This document shows positions 1 through 9,343 of a DNA stretch of 47,768 nucleotides, piece by piece. A program made the translations under genes and the position numbers. The stretch lies in sequence record SRR20825010_6613, one strand, 5' to 3'. Within the stretch, counting starts at the first letter, position 1, and every line of letters starts with the position of its first letter. The notes beneath the pieces were generated by a model. That model was not told the DNA's origin, did not search any database, and saw only the letters and a list, made by a program, of their open reading frames with translations.

Positions 1-26
1 TGATCAGAAATGATCGGGTTTTTTTA
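1..26 (+). terminator. Intrinsic terminator of an upstream gene (truncated at window edge)
   Basis: TGATCA-GAAA-TGATCG hairpin followed by GG and a T run. Confidence 0.6.
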
Positions 27-142
27 TGCCCTTTGGGTTACAATTGAGTGTAATAGGTCTCAGCGAGACGCTTCAACCAGTAGGTTTTTTACACCTATTT
101 AGTATGACATGCCCAAAATTGTTACTTACAAAAATTGATTAT

Positions 143-1045
143 TTACTCCCCTTCATCAGGTAACATCTCAATGTCCTGAATCAATACTTTTTTAGAAATG
201 GCTTGGCCGGTGAGCGTGGCGGCTAATCCTCCCATAGCGGTTTCTTTGTAGCGGGTTTCCATACTTTGCCCTACTTCGCCCATGGCTTCAACACATTCGT
301 CTACTGGAATAACAGCATTTACATTGGCCAGCGCTATTTGTGCCGAACTGTTGGCAATAGCGGCTGCACTTGCATTTCGAACTACACAAGGCACTTCAAC
401 CAAACCAGCAACAGGGTCACAAATTAAACCTAACATGCACTGAATGGTAATGGCCACCGCATTAAATACTTGGTCGATTGTTCCGCCTAAGCAATACACA
501 ATCGCACCAGAAGCCATGGCTGCCGCACTTCCAGTTTCCGCTTGGCAACCACCTACCGCACCAGCAATAGATGCTCGTTTTTCCATGATCAACGCAATGC
601 CTGCGCTTACTAAAAGCCCTTCATGAATTTTACGGTCAGGCACATCGTGTAACTCTTGGAAGGTAACTAGAACACCTGGGATAATGCCCGAAGCACCTGC
701 GGTGGGAGCTGCTACAACGCGCCCCATGCATGAGTTCACTTCCTTGGCCGCCAGTGCTCTAGAAATCAGCACCTGAAACTCCCTACTCAAAACGGTTACA
801 GGATGATTGTACACTTTCTTCGCTCCGTTATTGATCATACCTGAGCGCGAAGTCATATCTTCGGTGAGTCCCGTTTGTACGGCTTCTTTCATCACCGTAT
901 AAGCGTTATCTAAACTCGCCCAAATAAACTCTTCAGTACGTTGCTTTTGTTGCACCTCGTATTCAATTACGGGCTCAAAAAGCTTCATGTCGTTGGCCTC
1001 ACAATAGGACTTCCAACCTTTAAAATCATCGAAAAGAAAGCTCAT
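143..1045 (-). CDS. sdaAA: L-serine dehydratase, Fe-S dependent, alpha subunit
   Basis: Motifs VAAPTAGASG, GAVGGCQAE and LGLICDPVAGLVEVPCVVRN. Confidence 0.92.
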   Translation of the reverse strand: MSFLFDDFKGWKSYCEANDMKLFEPVIEYEVQQKQRTEEFIWASLDNAYTVMKEAVQTGLTEDMTSRSGMINNGAKKVYNHPVTVLSREFQVLISRALAAKEVNSCMGRVVAAPTAGASGIIPGVLVTFQELHDVPDRKIHEGLLVSAGIALIMEKRASIAGAVGGCQAETGSAAAMASGAIVYCLGGTIDQVFNAVAITIQCMLGLICDPVAGLVEVPCVVRNASAAAIANSSAQIALANVNAVIPVDECVEAMGEVGQSMETRYKETAMGGLAATLTGQAISKKVLIQDIEMLPDEGE

Positions 1046-1063
1046 AACTGTATACCTTTTTTA

Positions 1064-1071
1064 CAAAGCTA
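1064..1071 (-). promoter_or_regulatory. Bacteroidota -7 promoter element (TAGCTTTG) for sdaAA
   Basis: Matches TAnnTTTG, 18 nt upstream of the ATG. Confidence 0.55.
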
Positions 1072-1122
1072 AGGGAATTTAAGCAAAGGATGGAATAAGT
1101 CTTGACTAAGCTAAAATGACAT

Positions 1123-1833
1123 TCATCTGTGCTTTTCGAGAAACTCTCTAAAGGTCAATCGATAGGTTTGACTTACAGGGAGGTACTCATTATTGAGTCT
1201 CACTTTGTCGCTTGCCACCACCTCAATATGCTTGGTATTGATAATATAAGATTGGTGAATTCTTACGAAAGCCTTTTGAACAAGATCTTGCTCCAAATCT
1301 CTCATATTCATCAGACTCATAATCTTTCGATTTTTGGTGATAAACATCACATAGTCCTTTTGGCCTTTGATATAGAGAATGTCGTTCAGTTTTACTTTCA
1401 CCAAATCTCGCCCATCCTTCACAAAAAGGAAGTCGTCTTGGGGTGAATTGTTTAAGGAAATGGCAGGTTTTTCAATTGGAAAAGAAGTGAATGCCTTGTT
1501 GACCGCCTTTAAAAAACGAGTAAAATCGAAAGGCTTGAGCAAATAGTCGATGGCATCCAATTCGAAACCATCAATCGCATATTCAGCAAAAGCGGTAGTG
1601 AAAATCACTTTAGGTCGATTACCAAGCGTTTTCAGCAAATCAATTCCACTAAGGCCTGGCATTTTGATGTCCAAGAAAATTAAGTTCGCCTGATTGTGAT
1701 TGAGGAAGGAAAGTGCATCTAAACCATTAGAGAAATCACCCAAAACGGAAAGCTGTGGAACTCGACTACAATAGTCTAGCAGCAGTTTACGAGCAAAAGG
1801 CTCATCATCTATGATTACGCAACGAATCTTCAC
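1123..1833 (-). CDS. LytTR-family response regulator
   Basis: Receiver domain (IIDDE, FLDIKMP, DYLLKP) plus LytTR domain (FVRIHQSYIIN). Confidence 0.93.
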   Translation of the reverse strand: MKIRCVIIDDEPFARKLLLDYCSRVPQLSVLGDFSNGLDALSFLNHNQANLIFLDIKMPGLSGIDLLKTLGNRPKVIFTTAFAEYAIDGFELDAIDYLLKPFDFTRFLKAVNKAFTSFPIEKPAISLNNSPQDDFLFVKDGRDLVKVKLNDILYIKGQKDYVMFITKNRKIMSLMNMRDLEQDLVQKAFVRIHQSYIINTKHIEVVASDKVRLNNEYLPVSQTYRLTFREFLEKHR

Positions 1834-2858
1834 GCTAAGTCTAAGCTAAGTGAAATACTGAACTTTTCCTTTTCAGGCCGAATTTCCAAGCGATGCTGAT
1901 GAGGATAACTCAAGACCAATCGCCTTTCCACATTCTTCAAACCAAAACCCGAAGGCGCATCCTTTTCTTTCTGGGCAGGATTCACACTATTTTCAACCTC
2001 AAAAATCAGCTGTTGAGGAGTAGAAGAAAGCTTCACCTTGATCCAATTTTCGATCTGTTGGTCGCTGATACCGTGCTTGAAAGCATTTTCTACAAAAGGA
2101 ATAAAAATCAAGGGTGTAATTTCAATTTGCTCATCCACCTGACTGGTGTCAAAACTCAGTTCAAAGCGATTATTGAGCCTAATGCCTTCCAATGCCAAAT
2201 AGTCTTTGATATAATTGATTTCCTTTGAAAGCACCACTTTAGGTTTGTTCGAATCATAAATCATGTACCGCATTATGTTGGACAGTTTTACGATCACTTC
2301 GGTGGCCTGATCACTTTTAATTTGCGTCAGATAACTTAGATTATGGAGTGTATTGAACAGGAAATGGGGATTGATTTGTGCTTTCAGATAATTGAGCTCA
2401 GCCGTTAATTTCTGATTTTCCAGTTCGCGTTTTTTGTTCTCCAATTCAAACCAGTCTACCGCAAACTTGATCATCCCCGTGAAAATCATAAAGCTCATTT
2501 CGTCCCAAAGTGTACTTACAAACCTTGCCCAGCCAAAAGTTTCATAGTAATCAGAAGGCGGATATTTGATCAACACAGCGTTTTCTGCCAATACTTGGAA
2601 GAACATTACCACAGTAATGGCCAATATCAATTTGAGCAAGTATTTCTTGATGTTCTTACTTCTGAGCAAATCAGGTAGAATGAAAAAATAATGGGTATAA
2701 CTCAGAATAATGTGAAAGGACATCGGTAAAGCGATCCGCACAAAGGCCGTTTCAGCAGGCATAAAAACCGTGAAGTCATAGAATTTATAGCTGAAGAAAA
2801 GCAGCCAAAAGCTGAAGTTCAGCCAAAAAATACGATTCCTTAAAAAGTTGGGCTTCAT
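1830..2858 (-). CDS. LytS-type membrane sensor histidine kinase (likely start 2858; ORF open to 2906)
   Basis: N-terminal TM helices, LKAQINPHFLFNTL, ENAFKHG, GFGLKNV; 4-nt overlap with the regulator. Confidence 0.92.
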   Translation of the reverse strand: MKPNFLRNRIFWLNFSFWLLFFSYKFYDFTVFMPAETAFVRIALPMSFHIILSYTHYFFILPDLLRSKNIKKYLLKLILAITVVMFFQVLAENAVLIKYPPSDYYETFGWARFVSTLWDEMSFMIFTGMIKFAVDWFELENKKRELENQKLTAELNYLKAQINPHFLFNTLHNLSYLTQIKSDQATEVIVKLSNIMRYMIYDSNKPKVVLSKEINYIKDYLALEGIRLNNRFELSFDTSQVDEQIEITPLIFIPFVENAFKHGISDQQIENWIKVKLSSTPQQLIFEVENSVNPAQKEKDAPSGFGLKNVERRLVLSYPHQHRLEIRPEKEKFSISLSLDLA

Positions 2859-3048
2859 TGGCCCTAAAGTATCTATTTTCGCTGATTTTGAGAAAGATAC
2901 CATCAACTCTTGGTCAAGTAATCGATGATTGGTAAGTTTTAATCTACATCTCGGCTTCGACTACCTTAAAGGTACTTATTGTCGACTTTTTCATTCAGAG
3001 GATATATTCATTCAGTCTTCTAAAAAGAAAAATGGGTCTTTAGCATCC

Positions 3049-3792
3049 ATGAAAAAGACAACACAAATTCTAATCCTTATTTCCATGATTTTCTCATGGC
3101 AGCTAAATGCTCAAATCGTTGATACCATTCACGTAGGTAATCATTTTAAGATGATAGATCATCTGGAAATGGGTACAACCAAGGACATTATTTTTACCGA
3201 AATGGCTGGAGTAGTCCGCTCTGTCAGCCTAAAAACCAAAACCACGGAAAAAGTAAGCATAGACGGTATTGATTACTTGGCCTTTAGGCATAGCTGGACT
3301 ACAGGAAGCCAAGAGACTTCTGGTGATTTTTACTACCTCTGCGACCCTAAAACACTCGCACCTATTCAGCACATTAGAAATACCAAACCTAATGGCAAAG
3401 AGGCTTTTAGCTTTCAGGGAATGAAGATTATTGGGTTAGACTCAGCAAAGGAGAACTCAAAAAAGGACTTCAACCTTAACCTTGCGGAGCCAACTTATAA
3501 CTGGGAGATTGACTTGGAAACTTACTCATTGCTCCCAATGAAAATGGGCTATGAAGCAGTAATGAATTTCTATCACCCGGGCGGAGCTACCCCAGACTTC
3601 TATCGGCTAAAAATTATTGGTTCTGAAAAGCTCTTATTACCTGATGGCAGAGAAATGGATTGTTGGATTTTATTTACGGACTATGGCGGTACACAGCCCA
3701 CAAAGTTTTGGTACACTAAAACGAATCAAAACTTTATAAAAATGGAAGGAAAATATAAGCAACTGACAATTCGGAAAGAGCGGATATTTTAG
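3049..3792 (+). CDS. Secreted hypothetical protein (DUF3108-like, beta-rich)
   Basis: Signal peptide [22 protein letters not shown] from ATG 3049; C-terminal KIIGSEKL...DCWIL...KFWY pattern. Confidence 0.6.
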   Translation: MKKTTQILILISMIFSWQLNAQIVDTIHVGNHFKMIDHLEMGTTKDIIFTEMAGVVRSVSLKTKTTEKVSIDGIDYLAFRHSWTTGSQETSGDFYYLCDPKTLAPIQHIRNTKPNGKEAFSFQGMKIIGLDSAKENSKKDFNLNLAEPTYNWEIDLETYSLLPMKMGYEAVMNFYHPGGATPDFYRLKIIGSEKLLLPDGREMDCWILFTDYGGTQPTKFWYTKTNQNFIKMEGKYKQLTIRKERIF

Positions 3793-3805
3793 AACGAACA
3801 ATTCC

Positions 3806-3813
3806 TATCTTTG
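3806..3813 (+). promoter_or_regulatory. -7 promoter element TATCTTTG directly before hemE
   Basis: Perfect TAnnTTTG, 4 nt from the ATG. Confidence 0.65.
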
Positions 3814-3817
3814 CGGC

Positions 3818-4858
3818 ATGGAATTGAAGAACGATCTGATTTTACGTGCTGCCAGAGGCGAAAAGACTGAAAGAACTCCAGTATGGTTAATGCGCCAGGC
3901 AGGCAGAATCTTACCTGAATATCGTGCAGTGAGAAATAGCCTTAGCGGATTTATTGAGTTGGTGAAAAACCCTGACTTAGCAGCCGAAGTTACCATTCAG
4001 CCTGTCGATATTTTAGGCGTAGATGCAGCCATTATTTTCTCCGACATTCTCGTAATTCCAGAAGCCATGGGCTTGCCTTACGAAATGATCGAAAAGAAAG
4101 GGCCTTGGTTTCCGAACACCATAAAGTCTGAGGCAGACTTGAAAAATATCAGAATTGCGGATTCTTCTTCCGACTTAGGGTATGTCATCGATGCCATTAA
4201 AGTAACCAAAAGGGAATTGGCTGGCCGCGTGCCTTTGATTGGCTTTGCCGGTGCACCATGGACTATTTTCTGCTATATGGTAGAAGGCCACGGAAGTAAG
4301 ACTTTCTCCAATGCCCGAAAAATGCTATACACTCAACCTGCTTTGGCCGAAAAGCTAATGCAGATGATTACTGACAGTACCATTACTTACTTGAAAGCGC
4401 AAATTGAAGCAGGTGCCGATATTGTTCAGGTATTCGATTCTTGGGCAGGTATTTTACCCGCAGATCAATACGAACAATTCTCGATGAAATACATTCGTCA
4501 GATTTGTTCGGCCATTACCGAAGTGCCTGTTACCGCTTTTGCCAAAGGAGCTTATTTCGCTAGAAAATCAATGTCTAAATTAGACTGCGAAACCATTGGT
4601 TTGGATTGGAACATGGACATCAAAGAAACTCGTGTGCTAATTGGTCCAAATAAAACTTTGCAAGGTAATCTTGACCCTTGTGCGCTTTACGGTTCAAGTG
4701 CCGAAGTGGAAGCCGCTACCAAAAAGATGCTGGATACTTTTGGACCCGACCGTCATATTGCCAATTTAGGGCATGGTGTTTACCCAGATATTGATCCTGA
4801 GAAGGTGAAAGTATTTGTAAGCACAGTGAAGGAATATAGCACAAGGATGAGGGGCTAA
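3818..4858 (+). CDS. hemE: Uroporphyrinogen decarboxylase
   Basis: [38 protein letters not shown]. Confidence 0.97.
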   Translation: MELKNDLILRAARGEKTERTPVWLMRQAGRILPEYRAVRNSLSGFIELVKNPDLAAEVTIQPVDILGVDAAIIFSDILVIPEAMGLPYEMIEKKGPWFPNTIKSEADLKNIRIADSSSDLGYVIDAIKVTKRELAGRVPLIGFAGAPWTIFCYMVEGHGSKTFSNARKMLYTQPALAEKLMQMITDSTITYLKAQIEAGADIVQVFDSWAGILPADQYEQFSMKYIRQICSAITEVPVTAFAKGAYFARKSMSKLDCETIGLDWNMDIKETRVLIGPNKTLQGNLDPCALYGSSAEVEAATKKMLDTFGPDRHIANLGHGVYPDIDPEKVKVFVSTVKEYSTRMRG

Positions 4859-4906
4859 GCTCAGTTATATGCGCGATTCTGCCAAGCCTATAGCTCTTTA
4901 ACGTTC

Positions 4907-5275
4907 ATGAACAAAACAATAAAATCGATCACGACTGGAATATTGTTTTGTATATCACAACGTATAGGTGAATCCGTTTTAGGGTTTGTAATTACGGACA
5001 TCAGAAACGCAAGTGATGTGAATTTCGGAGGAGCAATTCAATTTGCGTTTATTGGATTCTTACTTTCAATTTTACCATACCTCATAATATTCCCATTGGT
5101 GAACGTGCTAACTAAAAGTAGACTAAACAACTCACATATATCAGCGGGAATCAACTTGTTTGTTTTGACCTACTTCTATTTATCGGGGCTAATTCAGAAA
5201 GACCCGATTTCTTTCATATTAAGCTCTCTCCTCATGAGCATTCTATTAATCGTTATCGCACGAAAAATAAATTAA
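4907..5275 (+). CDS. Hypothetical membrane protein (~4 TM)
   Basis: 122-aa hydrophobic ORF filling the gap; no recognisable motif. Confidence 0.6.
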   Translation: MNKTIKSITTGILFCISQRIGESVLGFVITDIRNASDVNFGGAIQFAFIGFLLSILPYLIIFPLVNVLTKSRLNNSHISAGINLFVLTYFYLSGLIQKDPISFILSSLLMSILLIVIARKIN

Positions 5276-5318
5276 AACAAGGTCGCTTAAAAAGACCTGC
5301 ACTTTTGGAAAGCTATTA

Positions 5319-6314
5319 CTAATTTAGAATCTTATTGTCTTCGGCTTCTTCCATCAAGTCTGCTTTATTGATGGGCACTACGCCTACATGTTCGCAGACC
5401 AGACCGCCTGCTAAATTGGCCAAGGCCGCAGCCTTTTGAGCTGTCATCCCTACAGCTAATGCACAAGCCATCACACTGATCACCGTATCACCAGCACCAG
5501 AAACATCAGAAATATGACGGATATGGGCAGGAATCAAATGTGTTTCGCCATTGTCTTTAATGAAAACCCCATATTCAGAAAGGGTCACCATCACCATTTT
5601 GGCGTTCAATTTAGATTGAAGCAAAGTGACTCCATCACGAACTGAATCCATGTTTTTAGGATCCACTTGAATGTTGAGGCCTTCCCTCAATTCTTTCAAA
5701 TTGGGTTTAAAAAGGGTCACCCCTTTATAGTCCATAAAGTTGCGCTTCTTTGGGTCAACCACGGTAGGAATATTCAATCGAGAAGCTTCCTTAACGGTTT
5801 CCTCAATGATGGTGGCGTTGATTACTCCCTTGTCGTAATCTTCAAAAACTACTACATCGCAGCTGGGCAATAAGCGCTTGATATTGGCCAATAACTGTGC
5901 TTGTTCAGTAGTACTGAGTTCCTTATCGGTTTCGGTGTCTACCCTAAGCATTTGATGGGCTCCAGCCAAAATACGCTCTTTCACAGTAGTATCTCTTTCA
6001 GAACTAGTGATAATTCCGCTGTTCGGAATTCCCTTTTCGTCTAGCCTGCTTAGGAAAAATTCTCCGTCTAAATCATTGCCCACAATGGCGCAAGGAACTG
6101 GTGTAGCTCCCAATGCTTGAATATTCAAAGCTACATTTGCAGCACCTCCCAAACGTTTCTCCTTCTTTTCTGTAAGCACAATGGGCACAGGCGCCTCTGG
6201 CGAAATTCTAGACACTTTGCCAAACACATATGCGTCTACCATTACATCTCCAATCACCAGAACTTTAAGTTTGGAGAAGGCATCGAAAAGAGCTTGAACT
6301 TTTGAGAAATCCAT
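5319..6314 (-). CDS. Heptose-7-phosphate kinase-like PfkB protein (RfaE/HldE domain I only)
   Basis: GDVMVD...RISPEAPVP, GGAANVA, VVDPK, DVSGAGDT. Confidence 0.88.
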   Translation of the reverse strand: MDFSKVQALFDAFSKLKVLVIGDVMVDAYVFGKVSRISPEAPVPIVLTEKKEKRLGGAANVALNIQALGATPVPCAIVGNDLDGEFFLSRLDEKGIPNSGIITSSERDTTVKERILAGAHQMLRVDTETDKELSTTEQAQLLANIKRLLPSCDVVVFEDYDKGVINATIIEETVKEASRLNIPTVVDPKKRNFMDYKGVTLFKPNLKELREGLNIQVDPKNMDSVRDGVTLLQSKLNAKMVMVTLSEYGVFIKDNGETHLIPAHIRHISDVSGAGDTVISVMACALAVGMTAQKAAALANLAGGLVCEHVGVVPINKADLMEEAEDNKILN

Positions 6315-7513
6315 TAAGAAAGTTTAGATACTGCTGTTTTAATTCTAGTGATTGCCTCGCGTAAATCTTCTTCAGACGCTGCATAAGACAAACGTATGCA
6401 ATTAGCATCGCCAAAAGCATCGCCAGTTACCACAGACACCTGCGCCTGATCTAAAAGGTAAAGACTTAAATCGTCTGCGTTATTGATAGTTACTTTTCCA
6501 TCAGTTGTTCCGAAAAGTGCAGTTACATCCGGAAAGAAATAGAAAGCACCGGTTGGCAAGTTGGTCTTGAAACCTGGCACTTCGTCCAATAAGGCTTTTA
6601 CAAGATCTCTTCTTCTTAAATATTCCTTCGACATTTCTACTGTTGGCCCCAAGTCCGTAGTAAGCGCGGTTAAGGCTGCTCTTTGGGCAATGCTGCAGTT
6701 GGCAGAAGTAATTTGTCCTTGAATTTTATTGCAAGCCTTGGCCAACCAAAGCGGAGCACCTAAATAACCAACTCTCCAGCCCGTCATAGCAAAACCTTTG
6801 GCCATACCATTGATGGTCACCGTTCGGTCTATCATTGCCTCTATCGCTCCGATACTCGCATGTGCACCTGTATAATTGATATGCTCGTAGATTTCGTCAG
6901 CAATAACTATAATGTCTTCGTGTTTTTTAATCACTTCGGCAATCGCGGTTAATTCTTCAAGTGTAAACACTGAACCCGTTGGGTTACATGGCGAAGAATA
7001 GATGATGGCTTTGGTTTTTGGCGTAATTGCTTGCGCCAATTGCTCTGGTGTTACCTTAAAGTCCGATTCGATACCGCCTTTTACATATACAGGTACACCG
7101 CCTGCCAATTCTATTAGTGAAGAATAACTCACCCAGAATGGGGAAAAAACTACCACTTCGTCACCGTCATTCAATAAAGCTAAAAATACGTTGGCGATCG
7201 ATTGCTTAGCTCCGTTAGAAACCACAATCTGATCAGGCGAATAATCTAAGTTATTCTCGTTTTTGAATTTAGCGGAAATCGCTTGTCTTAGATCTAAATA
7301 ACCATTTACTGGAGGATAAGCGAAATATTTACCTTCGTCAATGGCCGCTTTGGCACCTTCTTGAATATGCTTTGGAGTTTTAAAATCGGGTTCTCCTAAA
7401 CTCAAGCTGATGACGTTAATACCTTTTTCTTTGAGCTCACGGGCTTTGGCTGCCATGGCTAATGTGGCCGATTCGGCCATGTTTTTTACTCTATCAGATA
7501 CCATTGTAGACAT
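6314..7513 (-). CDS. Class I PLP aminotransferase (aspartate aminotransferase-like)
   Basis: GEPDF, NPTG, DEIY, AKGFAMTGWRVGY; -7 element TACTTTTG at 7534-7541. Confidence 0.9.
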   Translation of the reverse strand: MSTMVSDRVKNMAESATLAMAAKARELKEKGINVISLSLGEPDFKTPKHIQEGAKAAIDEGKYFAYPPVNGYLDLRQAISAKFKNENNLDYSPDQIVVSNGAKQSIANVFLALLNDGDEVVVFSPFWVSYSSLIELAGGVPVYVKGGIESDFKVTPEQLAQAITPKTKAIIYSSPCNPTGSVFTLEELTAIAEVIKKHEDIIVIADEIYEHINYTGAHASIGAIEAMIDRTVTINGMAKGFAMTGWRVGYLGAPLWLAKACNKIQGQITSANCSIAQRAALTALTTDLGPTVEMSKEYLRRRDLVKALLDEVPGFKTNLPTGAFYFFPDVTALFGTTDGKVTINNADDLSLYLLDQAQVSVVTGDAFGDANCIRLSYAASEEDLREAITRIKTAVSKLS

Positions 7514-7754
7514 GCGATTAATTCAATGTGGGGCAAAAGTAGCTATTTATAGATTGTTGTACCAAAAAGGAGTTGGAATGTTCTTCATTTCTACAAAATG
7601 TTGAATCAAAACGACTGAATATTTCTCGTTTGTAGAAAATATTACCCCAGCCTGTATCCATACATCAACAGAAAAACAGGCTTTACATTAGAATTTCGAA
7701 TGATTCTTCGGTTTGGCACGATTATCACATATAGACTTACCAAACGACATGGTT

Positions 7755-8216
7755 ATGAAAACTTTAGAAACTAGCCCGGAAAAATTGAAAAGAGTAATTC
7801 AAAAAATTGCTGACGCAGCAAAGATTGCCCACTTCATGAACAAACTTTCAGTATCAGAAGATTCTAAGGATTACTTCGCCATTCACGAAAATAATTTATC
7901 AAATACACGAGCGCTGCTTTTCAAAAGCATTGGTGCTTCCACTAAAGACCTACACATATTGTACGGATCTAATTGGGGACCAGCTTTAGTCTATGCTCAA
8001 ATTCGTTTTTGGAAATACAACGATCTAGAAATGATTGATGTATTAAAAAACAAAGTAAACAATGCTTTGGCAGAATTAGATGAAGTAGCTTCTGTACCAC
8101 ACGAAGCTATTAAAATGGGTGATTTGAATGAAGCTTCAAATAACTTAAGCATATTATTGTCAGCCTTGAACACCCAGCGATTTTATGCATCGGGTATGTT
8201 AAGCGAAATCAATTAG
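7755..8216 (+). CDS. Hypothetical helical protein (ORF open from 7713)
   Basis: Standalone ORF followed by a strong terminator; no motif recognised. Confidence 0.65.
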   Translation: MKTLETSPEKLKRVIQKIADAAKIAHFMNKLSVSEDSKDYFAIHENNLSNTRALLFKSIGASTKDLHILYGSNWGPALVYAQIRFWKYNDLEMIDVLKNKVNNALAELDEVASVPHEAIKMGDLNEASNNLSILLSALNTQRFYASGMLSEIN

Positions 8217-8239
8217 GCTTTTAGCCGTAGCTATAGATG

Positions 8240-8278
8240 ACGAAGGGCGATCGAAATGATCGCCCTTCGTGTTTTTTA
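8240..8278. terminator. Intrinsic terminator between convergent genes
   Basis: ACGAAGGGCGATC-GAAAT-GATCGCCCTTCGT, 13-bp stem, then T run. Confidence 0.85.
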
Positions 8279-8293
8279 TTTAAGTAAATCGAT

Positions 8294-8899
8294 TTACTTG
8301 TACTCAGAACGGGTCATGATGCTTCGACCCAAAGTAATTTCGTCAGTATATTCTAATTCTCCGCCCATCGGAATTCCACGGGCTATCGAGGTAATCCTCA
8401 CCCCAAATTCTTTAAGTCTTTTCGTAATGTAAAAAGCGGTGGTATCGCCTTCCATTGTGGGGCTTAGTGCCAAAATCACTTCTTCAATTTTAGGTTCGCT
8501 GGTTTGAATGCGCTCCACCAAAGAGTCGATGTGGATATCACTTGGACCTATGCCTTCAATCGGAGAAATCACTCCCCCCAATACATGATAAAGCCCTCTG
8601 TACTGAGCCGTATTTTCAATGGCCATTACATCAGGCGTGTCCGTCACCACACAAATTGTAGTTAAATCGCGCTTAATGGTTCGGCAAGTACAATCGGTAG
8701 TGTCAGAAATAATATGGCAGGTGCCGCAGTACTTTATTCCATCGCGCAATTCATTGAGCGCAGTGGTCAAATGGGCCGTACTGATGGGGTCTTGTTTTAA
8801 TAAATGAAGTACCAGCCTTAAGGCGGTTTTCTTTCCTATCCCCGGAAGTTTAGAGATTTCCTCAATGGCATTGTCGACAATTTTGGGAGGGAAGTTCAA
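8294..8899 (-). CDS. recR: Recombination mediator RecR
   Basis: LPGIGKKTA HhH, Cys cluster, TOPRIM YHVLGGVISP, EGDTTA. Confidence 0.96.
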   Translation of the reverse strand: MNFPPKIVDNAIEEISKLPGIGKKTALRLVLHLLKQDPISTAHLTTALNELRDGIKYCGTCHIISDTTDCTCRTIKRDLTTICVVTDTPDVMAIENTAQYRGLYHVLGGVISPIEGIGPSDIHIDSLVERIQTSEPKIEEVILALSPTMEGDTTAFYITKRLKEFGVRITSIARGIPMGGELEYTDEITLGRSIMTRSEYK

Positions 8900-8926
8900 G
8901 TTGAGCTATGATGTAAGTCTTTCTAA

Positions 8927-9208
8927 TTATAATACAGTGGCCGTAATTCCGGCAGAAAGAATACTTTCACACATCGGCTTTAACTCTGTAAAAGAGCCAT
9001 TTTTTACTGTGCATTTCCCTTTATAATGAATCAGCATTGTACACTGTTCTGCTTGTTCAGCAGTGTGTTTACACACCTTGATCAAAATATTAATGACATG
9101 TTCAAAAGTGTTGAAGTCATCATTGAAAACTACCAAATCACATAATTCCTCATCTGTAGTTTTCTCGAGCAACTCGACTAACTCTTCTTCTTGATAGCTG
9201 AAATTCAT
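8927..9208 (-). CDS. clpS: Clp protease adaptor ClpS
   Basis: LVVFNDDFNTFEHVI...IHYKGK; -7 element TACATTTG at 9224-9231. Confidence 0.9.
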   Translation of the reverse strand: MNFSYQEEELVELLEKTTDEELCDLVVFNDDFNTFEHVINILIKVCKHTAEQAEQCTMLIHYKGKCTVKNGSFTELKPMCESILSAGITATVL

Positions 9209-9343
9209 GTTGTTAAATTTTTACAAATGTACAAAAAAACACTTGCCCGATAAACCCTCACTTTGTCAAAATGGTTCGGACGCCTTTTTGGTGTCCACAG
9301 TTTTTTCACGGATATTCAAACTTTAATTTATTAGTTCTTCGGT

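Noticed and set aside
4859-5318. Integron-like cassette around the orphan membrane gene
   Set aside because: No paired attC core sites and no integrase seen
5319-6314. Missing HldE adenylyltransferase domain read as a pseudogene
   Set aside because: The ORF is intact and split kinase/transferase genes are common
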